A DNA stretch of 64,000 nucleotides. Origin: Patescibacteria group bacterium. Its GTDB lineage: Bacteria > Patescibacteriota > Dojkabacteria > J137. The number at the start of each line of letters is the position of its first letter. The stretch's first letter is position 1. The notes beneath the pieces were generated by a model. The model was given only the letters and a program-made list of their open reading frames with translations. It had not been told where the DNA came from and ran no database searches. Location: NCBI GenBank assembly GCA_016861265.1, contig BOLA01000001.1, forward strand, positions 11,569 to 75,568, read 5' to 3'. Both the position numbers and the translations under genes were made by a program. Shown piece by piece: positions 9,794-19,265 of the stretch.

Positions 9794-10222
9794 ATGTCAC
9801 GAAAATGGAATGAATACCCTGTAGAAAACGGGCAAATTATTTATGATCAAAATCTGGATAAAAACCGACAAATCGGTTTTGCATCTTTAGCCCTGTACAG
9901 ACAAATGATTAACCTTGCTAGAGAGCAATATGCCGACACTTATCTTTTTGAAGAAATAAAGACCATTGCAACTCAAATGAGATACTTTATAGTAGGCAAT
10001 AATAATGCATCCCTAAGTGTATTGAACTTTTCATTGTCAAAGGTTAAACAGTATAAAGTAGAACAGGAATTAGGATATTTAATAGATTTGTGCTTGGAAA
10101 TTGTTAAAGCAATTATTGGCAATAAGGAGTATGTAGAAATTCTGCTTAATGGAACAGAACTTGCTGGAATTTATACTATTGAACAAACAAAGGATATAAT
10201 TGAAGCCGAGTTAGAACCCTAA
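9794..10222 (+). CDS. hypothetical protein (142 aa)
   Basis: ORF track. Last gene of the plus-strand run, followed by a strong terminator. Confidence 0.5.
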   Translation: MSRKWNEYPVENGQIIYDQNLDKNRQIGFASLALYRQMINLAREQYADTYLFEEIKTIATQMRYFIVGNNNASLSVLNFSLSKVKQYKVEQELGYLIDLCLEIVKAIIGNKEYVEILLNGTELAGIYTIEQTKDIIEAELEP

Positions 10223-10225
10223 AAA

Positions 10226-10250
10226 AGGCTCCTTTTTGGAGCCTTTTTTA
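10226..10250. terminator. bidirectional rho-independent terminator between the dnaE-operon end and the convergent dnaK
   Basis: AAAAAGGCTCC-TTTTT-GGAGCCTTTTTTATT. A 7-bp GC-rich stem with an A-tract upstream and a T-tract downstream works on either strand. Confidence 0.6.
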
Positions 10251-10257
10251 TTATTAA

Positions 10258-12165
10258 TTATTCAACAACTTCGCCTTCTATAGGTTCGTCCTTCTTCTTT
10301 TCAGTGTTTGCTGCTGCTTCTCCTGTTGGCTGCATTCCTGCCGCATTTGGATCTTCAGCATAAATTTTAGCCCCTGCATCTTGAGACTTTTGAACTAATT
10401 CGTCGTATGCGCTTTTTACTTCATCAATATTAAAGTCATCTTTACTTACCATTTCCTTTAAAGCTGTCGACTTATCTGTAAGCTCCTTAGCGGAGTCTTC
10501 ACCTATTTTATCCTTATAGTCTTTAACAAGCTTTTCAGTTTGATAGACTAAGGATTCCGCATCGTTCTTAGTTTTTAATCTTGTTACAACTTCTTCATCT
10601 TTTGCCTTGTTTTCCTCTGCCTCTCTAACTCTTTTGTCAATTTCTTCCTGCTCCATATGTGTGGATGCAGTAATCGTAATACTCTGTTCTTTATTTGTTT
10701 TTACGTCCTTAGCTTTAACATTCAATATTCCATTTGCATCTAATTTAAATGTTATTGCAAATCTTGGTGTTCCCCTTGGTGCTGGTGGAATGTCTTCTAG
10801 TCTGAAACTTCCCAATACTTTATTATCTTTGGCAAGTGGTCTTTCCCCTTGTAGTACCTTTACATCAATTGCAGGTTGATTATCTACTGCAGTTGTAAAC
10901 ATGTCTTCAGTTTTTTCTGTAGGAATAGTTGTATTTCTAGGGATAATCACATGCATTTCCCCAGCGTTAACTTCAAGTCCAAGGGACAATGGAGTTACAT
11001 CAAGTAATGTAATATCCTGAACGCTTGAATCACCTGCTAGTACAGCTGCCTGTAGTGCGGCTCCAACAGCAACAACTTCATCAGGGTTAACTGATTGGTT
11101 ACCCTTTTTTCCAAAAAATTCTTCAACTTTTCTTAGTACTAATGGCATTCTTGTCATACCACCAACCATAATTACTTCATGAACATCAGATTTTTCTAGG
11201 CCAGCATCAGATAATGCCTTTTTAACAGAGTCAAATGTTTTATCGACTAAGTCGCCTACAATATTTTCAAACTGTGCTCTGGTTAATTGTAATCTAAAGT
11301 GTTTTGGTCCTTTTGCATCCGCAGTTATATATGGAAGATTAACGTCTGCCACCTCGCTACTGGATAGTGTAATTTTAGCCTTTTCAGCAGCTTCCTTTAG
11401 TCTTTGTAATGCTGCAGCATCTTCCTTTAAATCAATACCTTGTTCCTTCTTAAACTCACTAATAAAGTGGTCGATTAATCTTTGATCAAAATCGTCTCCT
11501 CCTAAATGAGTATCTCCTGCAGTTGATCTAACTTCGTAAACACCGTCTCCGATATCCAAAATTGATACATCGAATGTTCCTCCTCCTAAGTCGTAGACTG
11601 CAATTGTAGAGTCACCTTTTTTATCTAAACCGTAGGCAATTGCTGCGGCAGTAGGTTCATTAATAATTCTTTTTACATCAAAACCTGCAATTTTACCTGC
11701 ATTTTTTGTAGCCTGTCTTTGAGAATCATCAAAATAAGCAGGAACTGTAATCACAGCTTCTGTAATAGTTTCTCCTAGATATGCCTCCGCATCAGTTTTA
11801 ATCTTTGCCAAAACCTTAGCTGAGATAACTTCTGGAGCAACCCATTCATTACCGAATCTTATCTCAACACCGCCCTTATCTGATTTTCTGATTTCAAAGG
11901 GTAAGAGTTCGATGTCTTTTTGAACAGCTGCATCATCGTATCTTCTACCGATTAGTCTTTTTATAGAATAAAATGTTTGCTCAGGATTTGTTACCATCTG
12001 GTTTTTTGCGGTAATTCCTACAATTTCGCTTGTATTATCAATTGCCACAACAGATGGAATTAATCTTGAACCTTCCTTACTTGTTATAACCTCAGGTTTT
12101 CCTGCCTGTACAAAAGCTACAGCAGAGTTTGTGGTACCTAAGTCTATTCCTACTACTTTTGCCAT
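10258..12165 (-). CDS. dnaK: chaperone DnaK (Hsp70)
   Basis: 635 aa. MAKVVGIDLGTTNSAVAF. Hsp70 signatures DLGGGTFDVS and VIMVGGMTRMP. Acidic EEVD-like C-terminal tail. Confidence 0.97.
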   Translation of the reverse strand: MAKVVGIDLGTTNSAVAFVQAGKPEVITSKEGSRLIPSVVAIDNTSEIVGITAKNQMVTNPEQTFYSIKRLIGRRYDDAAVQKDIELLPFEIRKSDKGGVEIRFGNEWVAPEVISAKVLAKIKTDAEAYLGETITEAVITVPAYFDDSQRQATKNAGKIAGFDVKRIINEPTAAAIAYGLDKKGDSTIAVYDLGGGTFDVSILDIGDGVYEVRSTAGDTHLGGDDFDQRLIDHFISEFKKEQGIDLKEDAAALQRLKEAAEKAKITLSSSEVADVNLPYITADAKGPKHFRLQLTRAQFENIVGDLVDKTFDSVKKALSDAGLEKSDVHEVIMVGGMTRMPLVLRKVEEFFGKKGNQSVNPDEVVAVGAALQAAVLAGDSSVQDITLLDVTPLSLGLEVNAGEMHVIIPRNTTIPTEKTEDMFTTAVDNQPAIDVKVLQGERPLAKDNKVLGSFRLEDIPPAPRGTPRFAITFKLDANGILNVKAKDVKTNKEQSITITASTHMEQEEIDKRVREAEENKAKDEEVVTRLKTKNDAESLVYQTEKLVKDYKDKIGEDSAKELTDKSTALKEMVSKDDFNIDEVKSAYDELVQKSQDAGAKIYAEDPNAAGMQPTGEAAANTEKKKDEPIEGEVVE

Positions 12166-12208
12166 ATATTAAATGTTAATGATTAAAATCTAGTTAAATT
12201 TTCTTAAA

Positions 12209-12235
12209 TTAGCACTCTAATTCTATACCTGCTAA
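12209..12235. promoter_or_regulatory. CIRCE-like inverted repeat (TTAGCACTC-N9-ACCTGCTAA) in the grpE-dnaK spacer
   Basis: Left half-site is identical to the CIRCE consensus TTAGCACTC with 9-nt spacing. The right half matches 6/9 (TGCTAA conserved). It lies 30-56 nt upstream of the dnaK start. HrcA is encoded two genes upstream. Confidence 0.4.
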
Positions 12236-12262
12236 TTTAAGATTGTCAAATAAATTTCCTGA

Positions 12263-13204
12263 TTATTTCCCTACTACAACCTTTGCTGGCTTAAGTATGA
12301 ATTCTTTATCTTTATATTTATAAGCACTAGATATAACAGCAATTACTTTACCTTTCTGTTCCTCACCTGCAGCAACTGTTGATACTGCTTCCATTTTTTC
12401 TTTATTAAAATCATCTCCAACTTTTACATCTATTACTTCCACTCCTGTAGCTGTAACAGCTAACACTAATTTATCCTGAGCTGATTTTAAAGACACCTTG
12501 GCATGATCTAAAGATAAGTTTTCATCATTTAATGCGAGATGTAAATCGTCGTAGACTTCGAGCATTTCTCTTATTAAACCCATATTCGAAACTGCACCCC
12601 AGGTAGCCTTTTCTTGTTCAACTCTTCTTTGATAGTTCTGAAAGTCGGCCATAACTTGTATTCTCTTCATTTGTTCTTCTTGAAGTTGAGATTGAAGTCT
12701 TTCTGTATCCTTTTCCTGATCGGTCTTCTTTAAAGCTGCTTCTATATCTTCTACGGCAGGTTCAGTAATTGGGACGATACTTAAAACTACTTCAGAGTTT
12801 GTTTCAAGAAGTTCTAGTTTGTTAGGAAGAACTTCCTTAATTACATTGTTATCCGAAATACTATTAAATTCTTTACTAAAGTCATCAAAATTTTCAACTT
12901 TTAAATAAACAATATACTTATGATTATAGTGACTGTGTACATTAGGTTTGGCAACCTTGAAAAATGCTAAAACACATTCACCATTTATTATTTCTTTATT
13001 TAGTTTATACATTGTTCCTCTTTCATCCTCGTTTTCTACTGTACCTAATTTTTCTGCTGAAAGCTTACTTTCCAGATATTGTTGATTATCGTAGGTGAAT
13101 AATGTGGCATGATCAATATCCACTTCAAAATCTGGAAAATACTTATTCTTTGTTTCTAAAGCCTTACTTAGAATGCTCTCTAGGTCTGATTGTTCTAATA
13201 TCAT
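12263..13204 (-). CDS. grpE: nucleotide exchange factor GrpE with a ~170-aa N-terminal extension
   Basis: The C-terminal ~140 aa carry GrpE motifs (MADFQNYQRRVEQEK; ...VIAVISSAYKYKDKEFILKPAKVVVGK). The N-terminal half (Glu/Lys-rich, predicted helical) has no match to canonical ~190-aa GrpE. Confidence 0.85.
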   Translation of the reverse strand: MILEQSDLESILSKALETKNKYFPDFEVDIDHATLFTYDNQQYLESKLSAEKLGTVENEDERGTMYKLNKEIINGECVLAFFKVAKPNVHSHYNHKYIVYLKVENFDDFSKEFNSISDNNVIKEVLPNKLELLETNSEVVLSIVPITEPAVEDIEAALKKTDQEKDTERLQSQLQEEQMKRIQVMADFQNYQRRVEQEKATWGAVSNMGLIREMLEVYDDLHLALNDENLSLDHAKVSLKSAQDKLVLAVTATGVEVIDVKVGDDFNKEKMEAVSTVAAGEEQKGKVIAVISSAYKYKDKEFILKPAKVVVGK

Positions 13205-13205
13205 G

Positions 13206-13934
13206 TTAATTACTTAATAAATATCTAATTGTGTCTGTAATATACTTTACAGAAGGAATTATTTGTAGATAATCCATTCTATTTGGACCAATAACTGCAA
13301 TGTAACCTTTCTTTAATTTTAGTACTCTAATTTCGGAAAAAATCACTGCGTAGTCTTTAAACAGTGAGTTTTCTGCTTCCTCTCCTATAATTATATTAAT
13401 ATCTTCGTCTGAAGTGCCTTTATTCAGGATCTCAGAAAGTGAATAATAATCTTCCATAAGTAGTAGTATTTTTCTTAGGTTTTCATGCTCTTTAAATTCA
13501 GGAATATTTATCATTTCGCTTAATCCTGCATAGTAGAATTCATTTTCAATAATGGCTACAGCTGGGTTTAGTGTAAGTCTGGATAACTCAAAAATTGCCT
13601 TTCTAATTAAATCCTTACTATTTGGTCTTAAACCGTATAGTTCATCTTTAATTTTGGACTTAGTCAGATCATCAATCTTGTTGAGCTCTTCTTCTCCTAA
13701 AGATTCAATAAAAAATCTCCAGCCTTTTGTAGTAGGAATTCTTCCCCCACTGTTATGTTTTTGGAATAAGTAGCCCAGTTCCACCAATACCGACATTTCG
13801 TTTCTTATTGTTGCAGGGCTCAAATCGAAGTTATATTTGCTTTGTAAACTTATCGAACCAACAGCCTCTGCTGTCTTTATGAATTCCCGTACTATACTTA
13901 ATAATAGGTTTTGCTGTCTTTCTGTTAAATCCAT
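13206..13934 (-). CDS. hrcA: heat-inducible transcription repressor HrcA (short form, 242 aa)
   Basis: N-terminal winged helix (MDLTERQQNLLLSIVREFIKTAEAVGSISL) is typical HrcA. Position immediately upstream of grpE-dnaK. Shorter than the usual ~340 aa. Confidence 0.8.
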   Translation of the reverse strand: MDLTERQQNLLLSIVREFIKTAEAVGSISLQSKYNFDLSPATIRNEMSVLVELGYLFQKHNSGGRIPTTKGWRFFIESLGEEELNKIDDLTKSKIKDELYGLRPNSKDLIRKAIFELSRLTLNPAVAIIENEFYYAGLSEMINIPEFKEHENLRKILLLMEDYYSLSEILNKGTSDEDINIIIGEEAENSLFKDYAVIFSEIRVLKLKKGYIAVIGPNRMDYLQIIPSVKYITDTIRYLLSN

Positions 13935-14059
13935 AAATAAACTTTTTTAAAAGCAAAACAAGTTTACCATACAATTGGCAATCTTGGCTAAGAGCTGCTA
14001 AATATAGCTTGTCTCACAAAAGCTTTGAGTGTTATTATTTTTATAATTAAAAACAATTT

Positions 14060-14479
14060 ATGACAACACCATATTTAGATAGCTACTTAATAGGTCCTAA
14101 GGGAATTAATAACTTTGGTACCGATTCATTGGCTGTTTTAAAGGCCTTACTTGAAGTTGAAAACAATGAAACTATTGAAGCAGACAGAGAATTTATAGAA
14201 AGAATAATTGAATTCTTTGGCAACCACGATAATATTTGGGCTAAAAGAAATGGTGTATATATTAATAACGATCCTGCAATTATTGAGGCAAGAAATAGAA
14301 GGATTTCCGAAATTGCCTTTATAGTAGGCTTTGATGAAGCCAGAATTGATTCTTTAATTACAAGAATATACAACGCTTTTAAGAGGCATTTCTATAAAGG
14401 TACATGCTTTAATGCTGCACTTGCTTACAGTGAGAAAAGATTAAAAAAGGTAATTGAAGATATTGAAGCGGAAGCCTAG
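14060..14479 (+). CDS. hypothetical protein (139 aa)
   Basis: ORF track. Divergent from hrcA. No motif recognised. Confidence 0.45.
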   Translation: MTTPYLDSYLIGPKGINNFGTDSLAVLKALLEVENNETIEADREFIERIIEFFGNHDNIWAKRNGVYINNDPAIIEARNRRISEIAFIVGFDEARIDSLITRIYNAFKRHFYKGTCFNAALAYSEKRLKKVIEDIEAEA

Positions 14480-16977
14480 ATTAGTCCTAATTGTTCGGGA
14501 TGAATGGCTTTCGGCTTTTTAACCTTTGCTTTAGAGGATGCATTTGAACTTTTGCTTACGGTTTTTTCCACGGAGTTTTCCTGTTCAAATGCCTTAAGTA
14601 TACTGTCTGCCTTTACTAATACATCTTTAGGGATTCCTGCAAGTTTTGCCACATGTACGCCATAACTTCTATTCGTTCCACCTTTTACAATTTTATGTTT
14701 AAACATTATTTCCTCTTTTACTTCAAGTACCTCTACATTGTAATTTACTATTCCTTTGTACTGAGATTCTAGATTTATTAATTCATGGTAATGTGTTGCA
14801 AACAGTGTTTTTGAATTAAGCTTTTCAAATATAAACTCTATTATTGACCATGCAATCGCAACTCCATCGTAGGTGCTGGTTCCCCTGCCGACTTCGTCTA
14901 ACATAATTAAACTATCTTTAGTTGCGTTGTTAAGTATATTTGCGGTCTCGTTCATTTCTACCATGAAGGTAGACTCTCCTTTACTTAAATTATCTGTTGC
15001 ACCAACTCTTGTAAAAATTCTATCTACAATGTTCCATCTCATTTTATTTGCAGGTACAAAACTTCCAATTTGCGCCATTAATGTAATTAAGGCCACTTGC
15101 CTTATATAAGTCGATTTACCCGACATATTCGGTCCTGTTAGAATATGGATAAGATTTTGTGCATTAAATTCCACCGAATTCGGAACAAACTCATTTACAA
15201 TTCTTTCAATGACTGGATGTCGTGAGTGTTCAATTTCAAGAATGTTATCTTGTACTATTTCAGGTTTAACATACCTGTTATCTTTTGCTACTTTAGCAAA
15301 GCTAATATAACAATCAATTTCCGCAACTATTTCTGCTGCTTCAAGTATTTCAGTAATATACTCAGCAATTTTATTTCTAATCTCAACAAACAATGATTGT
15401 TCTAGTTTTATTAACTTATCTTCAGAAGAAAGGATCTTTTCTTCCAATACTTTTAACTCAGGAGTTATGTAACGTTCTGCGTTTGCCAGAGTCTGTTTTC
15501 TAATATATGTATCCGGCACCTTGCTAATGTGTGTCTTTGTTACTTCTATGTAATAGCCAAAGACAGAATTAAACGAAATCTTGAGTGAAGTGATTCCTGT
15601 TTTAGTAATTTCATCGGCTTGCATTTTTGTAAGTATTTGCTTTGAGTTTTGTCTTAATTCTCTAATTTCATCTACTTGAGCGTTAAAACCTTTTTTTATA
15701 ATTCCTACTTCGCTTAAGTTTGCAGAAGGTTCGTTATCAATTGACTCATCGATAATACTAATTACTTTATCGGTGCATTGTTTTAAACTTGATTCACTTT
15801 CCCTAAATTTTTGAATTAAAGCCTTTAATCTTGCCGATAATTTCTTGTGTGTATCTAATATATCAATTATCTTGTTTATATTTTCAAGACTAAGTTTTAG
15901 GGCAATTAAATCTCTTGGATTAGCAGATGCAGTTCCAATCCTGCCGGATATTCTTTCTATATCCGAAATTTTATCTAGTATTGACTCAATGTCGTTTACT
16001 AGAATAGGATTTTCAAAGAAATTTTTAACACTATCGAGCCTATCGGTTAATTTATCTTTGTTTATTAATGGATATACAATCCATCTCCTTAAATTTCGTT
16101 TTCCCATAGAAGTAGAACTTCTATTCAAAACATTGTACAAAGTATTTTGATCATTTCCGCTTGATGAATATATTAATTCTAGATTCTTAATTGTTTCGGA
16201 ATCTAGTTGCATATAATCAGAATAAGTATATTTTTTTAGGGACTTTATGTGTTTAAGTTCACCCTTTTGGCACTCCTTTAAATAGTTCACCAGAACCCCT
16301 GCCACAATTACTAATGGATCGTTATCCTCTAGACCAAAACCCTGAACACTTAATACACCAAGCTGTGATAATAAACATTCGAGTGCGTAATTTATTTCAA
16401 ATCTGTTATCAGGTACTGTTTCAACAATTTTCGTAGAAAGAGATTTAACCCATTCAAAATCCTTTTGTGAGGTAAGGATTTCCGATGGATTAATTTTATT
16501 AATCTCAAGTTTTAATTGATTTAAATGTTGGGTGTTGAATACGTACAGTGCTCCAGTAGATAAATCACTATAGGCAAAAAGATATTCACTTTTTAATTTA
16601 TAAATGCAGGCAATATAATTATTCTTAGATGAATCTAATGAATTTTCATCCATTATAGTTCCTGGGGTAATTACTTTTGTAACCTTTCTTTCTACAAGTT
16701 TTCCAGGAATGGGTTCTTCCATTTGCTCAGCAATTACAACCTTTAGTCCTGCATCAACTATTTTTGGCATGTAGTTAGGCAAGGCGTGATATGGAATTCC
16801 TGCTAGAGGAGTCTTGTTTGCATCCTTACCTCTGCTCGTAAGGGTTATGCCCAGTACTTTAGATATTTGAATAGCATCCTCGTTAAAAGTTTCGTAAAAG
16901 TCCCCAAGTCTAAAAAGGATAATAAAATCCTGATAGTCATTTTTAATCTTTTGGTATTGTTCCTGCATTGGAGTCAT
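14476..16977 (-). CDS. mutS: DNA mismatch repair protein MutS
   Basis: 833 aa. Domain I MTPMQEQYQKIKNDY...FYETF. Walker A GPNMSGKSTYIRQVAL. Walker B DEVGRGTSTYDG. Confidence 0.93.
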   Translation of the reverse strand: MTPMQEQYQKIKNDYQDFIILFRLGDFYETFNEDAIQISKVLGITLTSRGKDANKTPLAGIPYHALPNYMPKIVDAGLKVVIAEQMEEPIPGKLVERKVTKVITPGTIMDENSLDSSKNNYIACIYKLKSEYLFAYSDLSTGALYVFNTQHLNQLKLEINKINPSEILTSQKDFEWVKSLSTKIVETVPDNRFEINYALECLLSQLGVLSVQGFGLEDNDPLVIVAGVLVNYLKECQKGELKHIKSLKKYTYSDYMQLDSETIKNLELIYSSSGNDQNTLYNVLNRSSTSMGKRNLRRWIVYPLINKDKLTDRLDSVKNFFENPILVNDIESILDKISDIERISGRIGTASANPRDLIALKLSLENINKIIDILDTHKKLSARLKALIQKFRESESSLKQCTDKVISIIDESIDNEPSANLSEVGIIKKGFNAQVDEIRELRQNSKQILTKMQADEITKTGITSLKISFNSVFGYYIEVTKTHISKVPDTYIRKQTLANAERYITPELKVLEEKILSSEDKLIKLEQSLFVEIRNKIAEYITEILEAAEIVAEIDCYISFAKVAKDNRYVKPEIVQDNILEIEHSRHPVIERIVNEFVPNSVEFNAQNLIHILTGPNMSGKSTYIRQVALITLMAQIGSFVPANKMRWNIVDRIFTRVGATDNLSKGESTFMVEMNETANILNNATKDSLIMLDEVGRGTSTYDGVAIAWSIIEFIFEKLNSKTLFATHYHELINLESQYKGIVNYNVEVLEVKEEIMFKHKIVKGGTNRSYGVHVAKLAGIPKDVLVKADSILKAFEQENSVEKTVSKSSNASSKAKVKKPKAIHPEQLGLI

Positions 16978-16998
16978 ATACAGGGATTATACATTAAT

Positions 16999-17280
16999 CT
17001 AATTGTTCTTATCTCTAAATTCAGCATCTACGAATTCTGTTGAAGATTTAGCAGTTTTCTTTGATTTTGTATTTACGTTTTTGGCAGCCTTAAAAGCTCT
17101 TGAAAAATCTTTGAATAAGTCTACTGCAGTTTTTATTAAACTCATTGCCAATAAAGCAGATCTTACTCTAGCTGAACCAAGTATATAAAAAACAAAGGCT
17201 ATTAATATAATTAGAAAACTGCAAAGGCAGCAAACTAGAACAAAGAAAAATGTCATTATATCAGTTGAAAAAGTATTCAT
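16999..17280 (-). CDS. small membrane protein (93 aa), possibly co-transcribed with mutS
   Basis: One strong TM helix (FFFVLVCCLCSFLIILIAFVFYILG) followed by a Lys-rich tail. 21-nt gap to mutS on the same strand. The competing 61-aa plus-strand ORF 17003..17188 was judged less likely. Confidence 0.35.
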   Translation of the reverse strand: MNTFSTDIMTFFFVLVCCLCSFLIILIAFVFYILGSARVRSALLAMSLIKTAVDLFKDFSRAFKAAKNVNTKSKKTAKSSTEFVDAEFRDKNN

Positions 17281-17304
17281 TTTTATATTATATCAAATCA
17301 ACTT

Positions 17305-18429
17305 TTGCAAATTTTATCTATTTTGGATGATAAAATGAAATACATGAAAAAAATAAAGGAACTTGCTAATTTTAATAAAATTATTCTTTTACTAGGTCTC
17401 CTGGTTATTTTCTTTTATCAAATCAAAGGAGGATACAACTATTTTAACTTCTCTCCCGAAGGGCAATTAATTGTATTAAGAGTGCAAGATTTTATTACTC
17501 TTGTTTTAAGTATTATTGTAGAGGCATTTCCTTTTGTAATACTAGGCGTTTCGATATCGACTTTAATTGGAATAAATTTTTTTGGCTGGCTAAAGAAAAC
17601 AACATATAACAATAAGAAGGTACTACTGCCATTATATCTGCTCTATTTTTACTCTTCAAAGATAGATAGTAAGCTTAAAAAGAACAGGATTTATTCTCAT
17701 GTTAAGGTTTCATTGTTGGGAGTTTTCTTGCCTGTGTGTGAATGTGGAAATGTTCCTGTAGCAAGAAGATTGCTCATGGGTGGCTTTACAGTATCACAGT
17801 CAATTACTTTTTTATTAGCAGCACCAATACTAAACCCTGTCACGTTTCTGACAACACTCGAGGCGTTCAATTACGATAAATCTATAGTAATTATTAGATT
17901 ATTATCAGGCTTTTTAATAGCGAACTTTATTGGAATAATATTAAGCTTTAAAAAACCGCAAAACGAATTCCTTAATTTAGATTTCTATCAGGAAATTTGT
18001 GAAATTAACGAGCATGGTCATTCAAAAAATACCTTAAAAGAAGCTTTAAATATATTTAATCGTGAATTTATTGAGATGTTTAAAGTTCTTATTATTGGTG
18101 CAGCCCTTGCTGCAGCTTCGCAAACATTTATTCCAAGAGATATTATCATTACAATTGGTCAGAATCCTGTACTTTCAATATTAGCTATGATTTTACTTGC
18201 GTTCGTAATATCGATTTGTTCAAATGTGGACGCATTCTTTGCCCTTTCTTATGTAAATAGTTTTACTATTGGTTCTGTTTTAGGTTTTCTTATATTTGGA
18301 CCAATGATAGATATAAAATTACTTACAATGCTAAGAACAACTTACAAGGCAAAGTTATTGGCAATTGTTACTCTGTTTGTATTCCTTTTCAGCTTTCTTA
18401 TTGCTTTACTAGTTAATTTTATTAAATGA
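17305..18429 (+). CDS. COG0701/DUF318-type permease with conserved CxC-G motif
   Basis: 374 aa. ~8 TM segments. VCECGNVPVARRL matches the C-x-C-G motif of this permease family. Confidence 0.7.
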   Translation: MQILSILDDKMKYMKKIKELANFNKIILLLGLLVIFFYQIKGGYNYFNFSPEGQLIVLRVQDFITLVLSIIVEAFPFVILGVSISTLIGINFFGWLKKTTYNNKKVLLPLYLLYFYSSKIDSKLKKNRIYSHVKVSLLGVFLPVCECGNVPVARRLLMGGFTVSQSITFLLAAPILNPVTFLTTLEAFNYDKSIVIIRLLSGFLIANFIGIILSFKKPQNEFLNLDFYQEICEINEHGHSKNTLKEALNIFNREFIEMFKVLIIGAALAAASQTFIPRDIIITIGQNPVLSILAMILLAFVISICSNVDAFFALSYVNSFTIGSVLGFLIFGPMIDIKLLTMLRTTYKAKLLAIVTLFVFLFSFLIALLVNFIK

Positions 18430-19265
18430 ACAAATTAATAAGCTCAGTAACATTAATGGGAATGGGATTATATGGAATACTACTATTTAACGCTAACAAA
18501 CTTGGTTTGTATATTCACCCACGTTTTTTTGAGGAATCATATATTGCAAGCATAGTTGCATTTATTATTGGCATAATCAGCTTAGTTTACTTTATATACA
18601 CTGAAAAAAATAAGTTAATAATTCAAATAAAACAAATTGTTAATAATAGAATCTTAATGATCGCTGTTTTGTTAGGACTTTCATTTTTTATTAATTCAAT
18701 ATTCTTAATAGTTGCTGCCTTAGTTGTATTAATGCCTAACAAGAACGGTATTCCAAAAGAATTTGCTTCGGCACTACTAACCCTTGGTATTATATCTATA
18801 GGACTCTTTTTACCTGCTAAAGGTCTTAGTTCTATTACAGCATCTCAAAGATCAATTGATTTAAATTCCATTAACTTAACTCAAGATACAATATCGGCAG
18901 TTCAAAACTTTAGTAAGAGTACTACAAATTTTTCTTTAGGGGATTGGATTGCAATGCAAAATTTTAATCCTGATCCGGAATTCTATGTAGATAAAGAAGT
19001 TAAGGTTTCTGGTTTTTTGTATAAACCTACTAACTTAAATTTAAATACAGAAACTGCAGTTGTAGCCCGATTCATTATTACCTGCTGCGCTGTAGATGCA
19101 AGACCTGTAGGCTTGCGAATGCAACTTATTGAAGACTCTGATTTAAAACCCGATGATTGGATTGAGGTTATAGGCAAATTTGGACTAGATAAAAATAATG
19201 AGTTAATCATATTAGCTGAAAATATTAATAAGATATCAGAACCTACAAATCCCTATATTTACTAA
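18426..19265 (+). CDS. TIGR03943/DUF1980-family membrane protein (usual partner of COG0701 permease)
   Basis: 279 aa. N-terminal TM helices. C-terminal domain has the paired-Cys motif FIITCCAVDARPVG. ATGA overlap with the upstream permease. Family name recalled from memory. Confidence 0.6.
   Translation: MNKLISSVTLMGMGLYGILLFNANKLGLYIHPRFFEESYIASIVAFIIGIISLVYFIYTEKNKLIIQIKQIVNNRILMIAVLLGLSFFINSIFLIVAALVVLMPNKNGIPKEFASALLTLGIISIGLFLPAKGLSSITASQRSIDLNSINLTQDTISAVQNFSKSTTNFSLGDWIAMQNFNPDPEFYVDKEVKVSGFLYKPTNLNLNTETAVVARFIITCCAVDARPVGLRMQLIEDSDLKPDDWIEVIGKFGLDKNNELIILAENINKISEPTNPYIY

Noticed and set aside
13935-14059. Canonical CIRCE upstream of hrcA
   Set aside because: Only a weak match is present (AACACTC-N9-GTGAGACAA, right half 5/9). 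It is not reported as a feature. The better CIRCE-like repeat lies before dnaK.
17003-17188. 61-aa plus-strand ORF overlapping the small minus-strand membrane-protein gene
   Set aside because: The minus-strand alternative has a strong TM helix and sits 21 nt from mutS on the same strand. The plus-strand ORF has no such features.
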